A DNA stretch of 64,000 bases, taken from contig JAAOMT010000523.1 of assembly GCA_016748015.1 (NCBI GenBank), positions 742,156-806,155 of the forward strand, read 5' to 3'. The stretch comes from Geosiphon pyriformis uo1 (lineage: Eukaryota; Fungi; Glomeromycota). A model generated the notes under the pieces. That model saw nothing but the letters and a program-made list of their open reading frames with translations, was not told the DNA's origin and searched no databases. Numbering within the stretch: the first letter of the stretch is position 1; each line of letters begins with the position of its first letter. The translations under genes and the position numbers were made by a program. Shown here one piece after another: positions 41,451-52,384 of this stretch.

Positions 41451-41899
41451 GTTGAAGTGGGTCTAGATTTCCCATGTTTATTTGTTCCAATTGTTTTGGT
41501 TGGAGCAGATAATATTCACTTTGTCCATAGATGGTTTGTGATATAATGTCCATATATCTGCAAAGCTGTGGAAAATCTGGAATGTAGTTTGGTGGTTGAT
41601 CTTCAACTTTGGTGGTTAAATATCCAATAATAGTTCCTTTTGGTATTTCAATAACACTTCCCATTGTGTTGTAGATAAGAATTTTGATGTTTTTGGGGCT
41701 TTTGGCTAATATGTAGAGATTAGTGAGTCCAATTTCTCCTGATTTATAAATGGTGACTTCTGCTTTAAACAACTAAGCTTGATTTTTTACTTCTCTTTTT
41801 ATGGCTAACATATACTGGTCATATGGTAGAATAGAAATTGGTTGATGGGTTGATATAATTTCTCCTTTGTCAATAACCTTTTCCTCTGCCATATTAACT

Positions 41900-42306
41900 G
41901 GTACATCTATTCTATCTGTTGATCCAAATTCCTGTATCCCTCTTGCTGTTATCTCTAATTCTTTTCTGTTTCCCACTAATACTAATTTAGCTATTTTAAC
42001 CAGGGGTAGAAATATTGCCTGTGCTATTTTTTTGTTTGGATCTATGGTGTAAGTTTTTTTTGAGTCATTTTGTAGCATAGCAATAATATTTCCCACATAT
42101 TCTGCATTAATTATTCTTCCTTTGATGTTGATTCCCTTTTTCGCTAGGCTACTTCTAAATGCTAATTGTATTATAGTTGTTGCTGGAATTTCTAGTGCTA
42201 TTTTGAGATCAATACTGATGTGCAAATGGGATTCTAATTTGATGACATCCTTCCCTGGATATCTTAAATCAAACTCTGCATCGGTATTATACACACATTC
42301 TGGCAT
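41900..42306 (-). pseudogene. dUTPase of G2
   Basis: TDAEFDLRYP, RSSLAKKG, IINAEYVGNI, KIAQAIF, RGIQEFGST. Confidence 0.9.
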
Positions 42307-42559
42307 GATACCTTTATTATTGTTATTATACTATTTGAGTTTCTGCTTCTTGAAGAGATCAAAAAGCACAATATATATTTCAGAGTTTGAATTGGAGTTT
42401 AAATCATTGATATTTTTGTTGCCATTTTGAACAAAGCTAGAACTGTTATTTTCATTGTCATCATTGTCGGAGTTTGAATCAGGATTAAAATTTGATTCCA
42501 ATTCTGATGTGCAGCTGCTCATTGGTTTGTTTTCTTTAGGAATTGTATAGATTATATAT

Positions 42560-43915
42560 GGTGATAGATTGTAAATGAGGTCACACTCATTACAATATTA
42601 AAAGTCACATAAGATTAAGTAATGTTAACATAATCGAGTATTTAACTGCTCTAAATGCTGCTTTTGTTCTTCTCTAGTGGGTGTTAAATACTGGTAATGT
42701 TCATGGAATTCTTCTGGGTTGTTTTCAATGTTGCCAAAAATGTCAAAGGTTTGGACATATTCGGGTTTAGGAAGAGATAAAAAATTGTTTTTGATTTTCA
42801 GTAGTTTGCTAGTTGTTGCATCTTCTGCTTTTGCACTTGTTATTCTCCATAATTTGTGTTCATTGTGGGAGTATTCTTCCAATTGTCGCAATGCTCATTT
42901 CTAAGCATTGTCAATTGGTGTGCTCTTGTGTACCCAATCATTGATTAGGATTGTATACTAACACATTTCATTACATGTTCCTCCTTGTCCAGAAATATTG
43001 TTCCACATTCCTTTATCTGGGAGAGTTTCTCCACAAGCCAAGCATAGTTCATTGTCCTATTTTCCAACTTGTTTTGGTCTTCTAAAGCATTCAATAATGC
43101 ATGAGTGGCAGTAAAATTTGGTTGCCAAAGTGTACTCTTCATTGTTGCCACAACAAACACTCATTGATGACAATTTCTTGCCACAATCAATGCATATCAG
43201 TTTTGGGTAGTGATAAGTGGATTGTTGGAGTGTAGTGTAGAAATTATAAGTAGTGGTGCTGTCAGGTGTTGGTTTTTCTACCTTCTCCTTTTTTTTTTCC
43301 TTTTTTATTTTTTTCTTACTCTCAATTTATTAGTCCTTTCTGGTTATTGTTGGTTTCTCAGACTTGGTCAGTATTCTAGGTAAGTTCTTCCTTCTACTTT
43401 TCTTTGTTGTTGTCATCCCAGAATAATATTGGTGGTAGTTTGTTGTGGTTATTGTCAGTCCACAAGACTTGATAAGCTTCCCAAGTAGGTTTCTCTTTTT
43501 CTTCTTTGAAGTCGATGAGTGGTCACATCTTAATGCTGAGTTTGAAATGGCCATGTGTTGTTGGTACTCATGTGTATCAGCCATTCTGACTAATTTGCAA
43601 CTCTTGTGTTGTCTAGTCAAACATTATGTTGGTTTTAAATAGCCAGTCATTACCAACTAAAGCTTGATACTGAGTAGCTTCTATGACCAAAACTTTGATT
43701 GGTACTGTAATACCATTGACTTCAATCGGGAAGTCATCTATTTCACCAATAGGAGTTTTAGTCACTCCATTGGCTGTAATGATTCTGGCACTAGTAGTGT
43801 GGTCAACTTGGCAACCTAATTGATCCATGAGTTGCTTGGTAATGATGCTGTCAGCTGATCCACTATCTAGAATCAGTTTGATGACATGATCATCAACTTT
43901 TGCATCAATGTACAT
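42560..43915 (-). pseudogene. Protease followed by Cys-rich domain (G2)
   Basis: LILDSGSA..ALVGNDWL (43613-44158); CIDCGK, FYCHSC, LCLACGE, GGTCNEMC clusters downstream. Confidence 0.85.
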
Positions 43916-44499
43916 GGCGGTAATTGGTTTAGTGTTAAGAGCAGTTCTACTGAATAATGAGACTGGTGTGGTTTCCTCAAATTCGAATGGAAAAATTGTG
44001 GCTAGTGATTTGTCATTGGTTACAGTAGCTGGAGGTATATTGCTAATAAGTAATTTGTGTTGATTGGATTTCCAGTTGTTGGGTGAGACATCTTCTGAAG
44101 TAACCAGAAGACTTAAATAGTGTTGGGCATTTGGGTTTTGGGAGTTCTCAGTACTCAAATTCCATTGTCAAGATCCTGATGGCTGGTTTGAGAAACTGGG
44201 GATTGGTTGATGGACTACTATCAACAATCTTCAGCTTTGTTGGATCAATTTCAGTCTTTGGGTTCTATTTTGAGATAAAGTTCTGTGGCAGTGTTTGAAT
44301 TTGTTGAGGCTGATAAATTACCTGAGGCTGCGGCTAATAAATGTGTTGGGGCTGTGGTTGATAACTGACAGATGTTGTTGGCTGATAAATTGGTAGTTGA
44401 TAAATTGGCTGTTGTATTATAAGTAGGTAATTCAATTGATACAGTTTTGGTAATTAATTACTGATGTAATTCCAAGTTTGTAATTGGTGATCAGAGTTT

Positions 44500-46300
44500 T
44501 GATATTGATGGTCTGATTTTTGTTCATTTAGCTGTTTACAGCATTCAAACTATAAATGTTTTTGTTTACCACAATAGTGGCAAGCACGTGTTCTTTGCTG
44601 CCACTGTTAATTGGTCGAGGATGTTGGACATGACTAATTCTGGAAATAATTCACGTTTTTGGAATTATTACATTGTTGTAATGGTTGATAAATTGTGCAA
44701 TTGTCAGCTAAGTATTCTTCTAATTTTTGATTGATAAAATCACTAAATTGTTTCAATTTGGAATCCAATTCAGATGATCTATTTATTACTAGATTAACAG
44801 CTTAGGCATGGTTAACTTCAAGTTCAGCTGCTTCAAAATCTCTGGTGTTTATAACTGCAGCTTAGAGGTCTGCTAGATGCATAGGGTGTATACATTGGAG
44901 GATGCTACTGTGCAGACCTTTAATAAATTGATTTAGAATTTGTGGTGCTGTGAAATAATCAGCTTGTATGGCCTGAATTTGGCACAGATTTTTGTGAAAG
45001 CATCCTAAGTAAGTAGTGACTGCTTCATTTTTTCTTTGTTTAATGATGGTGAAAGTGTTTTCTAGGCAATTAATGCTGTTATTATTACTGAAATATCCTA
45101 AGAATACAACTTTAAATTTCTGGAATGTTTGAGATTTGACAGCTAAACTTTGATATCACAAGTCAGCAGTATCCTGTAAGAAATAGAAGATGACTTGGAG
45201 TGTTTTCATGTCATTCTATCCATTAACCATGATGGCTTTTTCAATATTGTTGAGCCATATTTGGACATCATTCTCTTTGCTGGTAAACTTCTCAAGTTTT
45301 GCTATTGGAACATAGGCCATTGGATCCAAGTTCAGTTGTTGTTGTTATTGTGGTAGTAATTGAATCAGAGGTTGTGACAGTGGTTGTTGTGGTGTGTCAA
45401 CTGGTAGTAGGTCAATTGCTGGAGATAAGTGGTGTTGATTATTAATGTTGGGATTTTGATTGTTCTGATTGTGCTGCATTTGAAAATTTGGAGTTTCGAT
45501 TTCTGGATTTTCTAAATTCAGATTTTGCTGAGTTTGAAAGTTCAGGATTTCAATGTCCAGATTTTCTGGAATTGGGTTTTGGTAAGTAAACTCTTGATCT
45601 TTGGTTTCTTCTTCTTCTTTTTTATCTGATTCTGTTATCTTCCAAGGACTCATGTTTCCGAAATCTAGTTAAAGTGACAGTGATCGGAATCCTGATGGTG
45701 TTGGTGATCACAATTTAAATTCTTTAAAATAATCACCATAGATTTCCAGTAATTCTGCTTTCTTTTGTTTACTTTGAAATAGAAGTCATCCAAATGTAGA
45801 TGTCACATGTGATGTTGATGTGTCTGTTAATAAGATATTGATAGCACTTCCTGATATGTAATAGTATAATGGATTGGTTGGTGATTTAACTCTGGTTTTC
45901 TTCCAAGTAGGTAGTTGTATTTGTTTTGGTGTTACTACTAGTGTTTGCAATCTTCTTTTGCCTTTGTCTATGTAAGTAATAGAGAATTTTTGTTGTGTGT
46001 ATTTTTCAATGGTTTGATTGATTTTCCTGATGATTGGTACAAAACTGTAGTTTTTTGGTAAGCTGGTATGTTGAAATAATTCTGTATAAAAATTTTTCCT
46101 TGCAGATTCAATATTAACTGTTCCTCCTAAGCAGTCTGTGATTTTATCATTAATGTAAAAGTTAAAGGTGAATTCTGCTGAGAAGTGGTTATAGTTTAGT
46201 CCTAATTGTTGGCTGTATTGTTAGAACAAGGATTTAGTGAATCTTAAATGGTTTGCTCCTATGTTTTCTAATTCTGCCACTTTTAGATGATTGTTGTTGG
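44500..46300 (-). pseudogene. gag of G2
   Basis: MAYVPIAKLEKF, QFIKGL, CHYCGKQKH knuckle near 44545-44582. Confidence 0.85.
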
Positions 46301-46330
46301 TGCTGGTTCTTTGTAAGATTATACCTTAGA

Positions 46331-46340
46331 GAGAGCACCA
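46331..46340 (-). promoter_or_regulatory. Primer-binding site of G2
   Basis: TGGTGCTCTC two bases from the LTR end. Confidence 0.87.
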
Positions 46341-46342
46341 AA

Positions 46343-47209
46343 TGTTACAGGTGATTATTTGGGGTCTCAAATCAAATAACAAACTCATAACTTAGTGCTT
46401 AATTGATAGGATTGTTGGTAATATTTGAAGGTGTTGTTTTATCTGAAGGTTTTGTTGTGGAGTTTTTTGTATAATAGACAGAAATTTAATTGTTATCTTC
46501 CTAGTAGCCTCCCAGAATTGCAATTTTGTCAAATTTTTTTCTCAGCATGATGGCTGGTAATCTAGTAGAAATGTCCTTCTGGTAAGCTATCTGTTAATAT
46601 ATATAATTTCTATATTCTTCCTGTGGGGTCTTTTATCAAGCTATCTTTGACATCAATAACTCAGCACTTAACCCTTAATCAATTAGTAAAACAAAGAAAT
46701 AAAAGAAAATAAAAGAAAATAAACAAAAGCAATTACAAATTAGTATCCCATTAATAGCCGTAATCAAAAACTATTGTTCCAGTATGGTTAAATATCAATT
46801 ACTATCAACATGAAGTGTTGATAGTAGAGGGTGGATTGAAATAGTGAATAATTATTTATTAATATTTGTGAATTTGAAAGGTTGCTTAGATTAAATCTAA
46901 ATGAGGAGGTTTCTAACTAAAGGATTCTGTTTCTTTCTGCTTCTATCACTACTGCTATATATACATAATTGAGATTCCTTAATTTCTCAATTCTTCACAC
47001 CAGGAATTCTGAAATTCTTAGAATCCTGCAATTTCTCTTAAGAGAAATCCTGGAATTCTAAAATTCTGTGATTTCTTGTACAAAAATCCTGAAATTTCTG
47101 AAATCCTGCAATTTTTTTTGAGAGGAATCCTAGAATTCCATATTTACTATGGCTATTTTTGATTGGCTAATTTATGCTAATATTTACTTCCTATATTCTA
47201 TGAGTAACA
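46343..47209 (-). repeat. 5' LTR of G2
   Basis: TGTTAC...GTAACA inverted termini; contains CCAAT, GGAATTCC-type array and TATATATAG. Confidence 0.93.
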
Positions 47210-48158
47210 ATGGTTTTGCCAATAATTAAAGGCTGCAACTTGATGCTGCCTGTTGTATTATAAGCAAGAAGTATGGTAATTCAACTCTTATCATGCTTGG
47301 TGCCAGAGATAAATTTTGTTGCCAAAGTTGCATTTGGTAACATTCTAAAGAATAATGCTGTCTCATTGGCATTGTAAACATTATTTAGATCATATTTACT
47401 GATAATCTTATGCAGTTTTTTTCATTCCTCTGGTAAAATTTCCAAAAGAGCACTGATTGCTTCATCATGCATCTTAATGTGATACAAATTATAACATTTT
47501 TTGAACTTTTCTAACCAACCATCTGATGCTTTAAAGTTATTTTCTTCTAGAAACTTTTTAGCAAATTTGAGGGCTTTTGTTTGTAAAATTTTTCCAGTAA
47601 GAATGCAGTTGGTAGCTAGTGTGCCAAGCATCCATTCTTCCAGTGTGTCATTTATTTTCAGAAACATTTCTTTCCTGTTCTTTGTCAATTGACCAGAGTT
47701 GTCAGATATATTCTTTTCAATCTATTGGTCTGATTTTATGAGTATCTTTGTTACAGTAGAGCAGTTAATCTTTAGATTAAATATTTGATAAGTCTATTTG
47801 CTGAGTAGTCAGAATGTTCTAGTTTGTACTGGCAGAGAGCCTTTTTAGTCTCTAAGGAAATTGCTGCTCATTTTTGGTTCATGTTTTTTGGCATGTTAAT
47901 AAGAATATACTTTTTATTGCATTTTGCTTTTATAATACATTGATGTATCTGTTATGTCTTAAATGTCATTTTGTCTTATATTTAATTGGACATGTGAAGT
48001 GTCTTATGTCATATGAGGTGCCTTAGATTATAAAAAGTGGCCAAATTATAAAAATGAAAGTTTTAATCCAACTGTAGAATTCTAAGTGCAAATAACAGAT
48101 TTTTGGTAAAAATAAATCTAATTTTGATAATGCATCTGTGACACTTTTTGTCTCTTAC

Positions 48159-48271
48159 CCCTAACTGATGATCAATAATAAAGACTGTCAATTTAATCTT
48201 CCATATACTTGCATAATCATCTAGAAGATAACACAATGTTATGTTGTCAAGCCCCTCAAACACAGCAACAT
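48159..48271 (-). pseudogene. Captured exon resembling the TilS (tRNA-Ile lysidine synthase) PP-loop N-terminus
   Basis: VAVFEGLDNITLCYLL..LTVFIIDHQL resembles VAVSGGxDSMAL..L.AFxVDH.L; bounded by TAG acceptor and GTAAGA donor. Confidence 0.7.
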
Positions 48272-48349
48272 CTATATCAATTATATAAATATTATAGCTA
48301 ATAGAAGTGGTTGACAATTTATTTCCCCACTCTAAAAACACTTACTGAC

Positions 48350-48930
48350 ATGCTTCACAAGTTTATTAATTAAAAACATAATGATAAAACATAAAGCATC
48401 ACAATCCATTTTTAATGCCAATAAGGCAACATATTGTGAATTCATTTTATCAATTATCTATGGTGTTGTATTAGTATTTAATGGCTAAGTCAAGGTTTGT
48501 TCGCAATATAAGATATCTGAGAGCTATGGAAAGGAACCAGTTGATTGGACAATCAAGGTACATGATATGATAATTGTAATTACAGAGGCAAAGCAGAAGA
48601 TATCAATTAAAATGTTGACCAATATATAATTCAACTTCAAAGCATCTATGCAATGTAATAAAAAACATTCTTATGACATAGCCTTGCAAGAAATTGAGAT
48701 GTTTGGAATAATTACTGTGAGTGATTAGGTAATTATTAAAGTGGTTTCAAGCAGAATCAATGATAATAGTAAAGTTGAGATATTGTTAAGTTTGTGCTCT
48801 CCTCTTTCCTTGTCTATTAGTGAGGCAACATTGAATAAAAACCTTTTGTGTGGTCAACTTGAAAGCTTGTTTGGTCAGATCAAGTGGAGTTTTGACCAAC
48901 AAATTGAGTCTTAGAGTTTAAGTAAATGAC
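48350..48930 (+). pseudogene. Captured Crinkler-type restriction-endonuclease-like domain fragment
   Basis: NKATYCEFILSIIYGV..YKISESYGKEPVDWTIK..IVITEAK..MFGII..*VIIK resembles the EATRxEFI..GxGPVD..EAK..GI pattern of CRN C-terminal PD-(D/E)xK domains; assigned by pattern recognition. Confidence 0.62.
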
Positions 48931-48939
48931 AACATATGG

Positions 48940-49665
48940 AATTCACTCTTATTCTGATTAACACTATTATACTCATAGCAATAACCTAAATTGTATATTG
49001 CAATAAAACTCCCTACATCAACCACCTTTTAATATAATTTGACTCCTTTACTCTTGTCCTATTAATGTTTTTGCTATACTCATAGCAATAATCTAACCAA
49101 TTCATTACACCAGAATTCCCTACATCAACTACAATTTGAAAAAATTTGATCACTTCACTCATGTTCTGATAAATGCATTTGCCATTAAAGTAACAATAAC
49201 CTATCTAATTTATTGTTCCAGAATTTTTCATATCAGCCATCTTTTGATACAATTTAACAGCTTGATCCATGTTCTAATTGATGCATTTGCCATTAAAGTA
49301 GCAATATTCTAATCGAGTTATTGTTTCAGAATTTCCTGTATTACTTGTCTTTTGATACAATTTAACAGCTTGATTTATGTTCTGATTGATATTTTTATCA
49401 TATTGATTGCAATGACCTAATTGAGTCATTGCTTCAAAATTTTCTGCATCAACAGCCTTTTGATATAATTCAACCCCTTGACTTTTGTTCTAATTAATAC
49501 CTTCATTATGCTAATAGCAATAACCTAAATTTTTTATTGTAGCAGAATTCTCTGCATTATTTGTTTTTTGATATAATTTGACAGCTTAATCCATGTTCTG
49601 ATTAACATCTTTGCTGTAAAAGTAGCAATTTTCTAATTTATCTATTGTTGCAGAGTTTCTAGTAT
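48940..49665 (-). pseudogene. Captured Sel1-like repeat gene fragment (~7 repeats)
   Basis: 108-bp period; units such as AMT(Q)LGHC.QY..NQAVKLYQK..GNS and NLGYCYEY. Confidence 0.88.
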
Positions 49666-49734
49666 TTAAACAGAATAGATAGTAAAAATCTAATTCAAGA
49701 TTTTTACATTTTTAAAAAATACTTCCAAACAGCC

Positions 49735-50105
49735 ACAACAATTAACATGACAATGATAATTTAGTTCACATACCTTCCAATAGCCTTAACAATTGATACA
49801 ACAATAATAATTCAGTCACTTACCTCTTAATGGTTTCAATAATCAATGCAACAATAATAATTAGATTTACTTACCTTTGGATAGTCTTAGTAATTAATGC
49901 AACAATAATAATTCACTTATCTTTAGACAGCTATGACAATTTACATGAATATATTAATCAAATTTGCTTATCTCTAAATGGTTATGGCAATCAATGTGAC
50001 AATAATAATCAGATTCACTTATCTTTGGATAGTCTCAACAATTAATGTAACAATAATAATTTACTTCATTTATCTTTGGATAGTTATGGCAATTATTACA
50101 GCAAT
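49735..50105. repeat. ~51-bp tandem array in pogo copy A
   Basis: Units like CAATGCAACAATAATAATTAGATTTACTTACCTTTGGATAGTCTTAGTAAT, ~7 copies. Confidence 0.8.
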
Positions 50106-50789
50106 GCTAAATAAATTTACTTAGTGGCTTGGGCAATTATTCAATATTTATTACCAAAGCAAAGCAGAGCATGCTATTTTACACCAATTTGCTTGTTGTA
50201 ACTTTTAAAATTATACCAATAAAATAATAAATTAATGAATAAAGCAAACAATAATAGATTAATATAAGTCTTATTATTGCAATACTTAAATGCAAAATAG
50301 AATCAACATTTTAAAATCATATTTGGGACATCTTTTATAATCTGAAGTATTTTACATGTCCAATTAAATATGAGATGCTATTTAATGTTTATATCTAATA
50401 TCATATGATTATAGTGTGACTATAGAGAGTGGAAATTACTTATATTTTGCTATCATATTTGTGGAAATAGGGACTATAAGAAGATATATATAGTAAAAAT
50501 AACTATAAAGAGATAATATTATATATAAATGGTTTTGGTTTTAAAAAAATGTGATTATAAGAAGATAGTGACTATAATCAAAGAGACTATAGAAAGAGTT
50601 TACTGTATATAATTTTATAAGTTAATTCTATTATAAAATGGTTTAACAAAAATAAAAATATATACCAAGTTTATTAGATTTTTTAGACATATTTATAATA
50701 GTTATATTAATAAGATTATAATAAATTTTAATTTGTCTAATAGATATAAAGTTTTTAATAGATTGAATTAAAGTAAAGTTTTTTTTTTA

Positions 50790-51505
50790 TAAATAATTAT
50801 TTATTGATATTTGGGTATGGAAGGGTTGCTTAGATCAAATGTAAACTGAGAAGTTTTTTTTTTTACTTCTAATGCTACTGCTATATATACATAATTGAGA
50901 TTTTTTCATTTCTCAATTTTTCATACCAGAAATTCTGAAATTCCTGGAATCCTGGAATTCCACATTTTTACTATGTCTATCTTTGATTGGCTAATTTATG
51001 TGCTAATATTTTTTCTATATTTTATGAGTAACAACAAGAATTTCAGAATTCCTGGTGTAAAAAATTAAGGAATTGAGAAATCTCAATTATGTATATATAA
51101 TGGTAACATTAGAAGCAGAAAAAACAGACCTCTCCATTTAGATTTTATCTAAGCAATCTTTTACCTCACAAATATCAATAAATAATTATTTGCTATCTCA
51201 ATCCATTTTTCTACTATTAACACTTTATGTTGATAGTAACAAATACTTAAACACACTGAAACAATAGTTCTTGATTATGGCTATTGACAAAATACTAATT
51301 TACTTGTCTTGGCTTATTTTTTTTTCTTTAATTTATTTTTTTTTTTTATTTTTTTATTTATTGTTATATACTAATTAATTAAGGATTAAGTACTGAGTTA
51401 TTGACATCAAGAATAGTCTGGTAAAAGACTTAAAAATAAGAATAACACATTAATATATATTAACAAATAGCTTATCAGAAGAGCATAACTACCAGAATAA
51501 ATTGA
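50790..51505. repeat. Two partial G2-family LTRs in opposite orientation (50790-51033 minus; 51034-~51490 plus)
   Basis: First ends TATGAGTAACA like 47209; second matches the solo LTR from the GAATT array onward. Confidence 0.8.
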
Positions 51506-52384
51506 TATTATTCATTAAAAAAAACAAATATAGAAAAATAGTAGACCAATAAGAGAGTAGTAGTTAGTATATGAGCACATTTCTTAGCAATGTGGAGCAA
51601 TGTCAAAAATTATGGCACATTGTTCAGCAATGTGAAGCAATATTAGAAAAGTAAAGCATATTGCTTAACAATATGAGCATTGCTCAAAAAATCATAGCAC
51701 ATTGTTTGAGAATATGAGTGATCTTGTAGAACATAAATTAGGTATATATAGCAGTAGTATTAGAAGCAAAAAAGACAAACCTCTCAGTTTTAGATTTGAT
51801 CTAAGCAACCTTTCCATTTACTAATATCAATAAATAATTATTTACTATCTTAATCCATTATCTACTATCAACACTTTATGTTAATAATAATTGATACTTA
51901 ACTATATTGGAACAATAGTTCTTGATTATGGCTATTAACAGAATACTAATATTTATTGCCTTGGCTTATTTCTTTATTTTTTTTATTTTGTTTTGTTATT
52001 TTTTGTTATGTACTAATTGATTAAAAGATTAAAGTACTAAGTTACTGACATCAAGATATAGTACTGGTAAAAAACCCAAGAATAAGAGTAGACACTCAGA
52101 TTTAAGGATAGCTTACCAGGAGATTGCCAGCCACCATGTTGAGAAAAAAATTGATGGAATTGTAATTCCAGAAAGCAATGGACAACAACTACTTAACTCA
52201 CAGATTAACACTAGAAACACTATTTAAAGAAAATCACATTGAAATTTTTGTCCATTATACAAAAGACTCAACCAAAATCTTCAGATACCATTAACTTTTA
52301 AAAACCAACATTATCAGCCATCAATTAAGCATTAAGTTACAGATTTATTATTTGTTTTGAGATCTCAAATAATCATCTGTAACA
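51506..52384 (+). repeat. 5' LTR of G3 with variant U3 repeat block
   Basis: Starts TATTATTCAT (decayed TGTTACTCAT), CCAAT at 51546, TATA at 51743, ends CTGTAACA before the PBS. Confidence 0.78.

Larger units (their letters stand above)
37144..47209 (-). mobile_element. Full-length decayed Ty3/Gypsy element with dUTPase (G2)
   Basis: Two LTRs, PBS, PPT and gag-PR-Cys-rich-dUTPase-RT-RH-IN order; inserted in the pogo transposase. Confidence 0.95.
36303..47894 (-). pseudogene. CENP-B/Tigger-like DDE transposase of copy A, split by G2 (47210-47894 and 36303-37143)
   Basis: FKASDGWLEKFK (47422-47688), VYNANETALFF, LLLDNA, HLQPLNAG, TTIQNCW. Confidence 0.9.
36158..50605 (-). mobile_element. pogo/Tigger DNA transposon copy A (~4.4 kb net) with cargo, interrupted by Gypsy G2
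   Basis: TA|CAGTAAATTCTCTTTATA at 36158 and TATAGAAAGAGTTTACTG|TA at 50605; sequence is the reverse complement of copy B apart from the G2 insertion. Confidence 0.92.

Noticed and set aside
48063-48341. TilS-like ORF as a bacterial or endosymbiont transfer
   Set aside because: The homologous part is bounded by spliceosomal acceptor and donor sites.
51570-51730. Regularly spaced palindromic repeats resembling a CRISPR array
   Set aside because: Intervening sequences resemble each other, there are no cas genes, the context is eukaryotic, and the array lies between the CCAAT and TATA boxes of an LTR.
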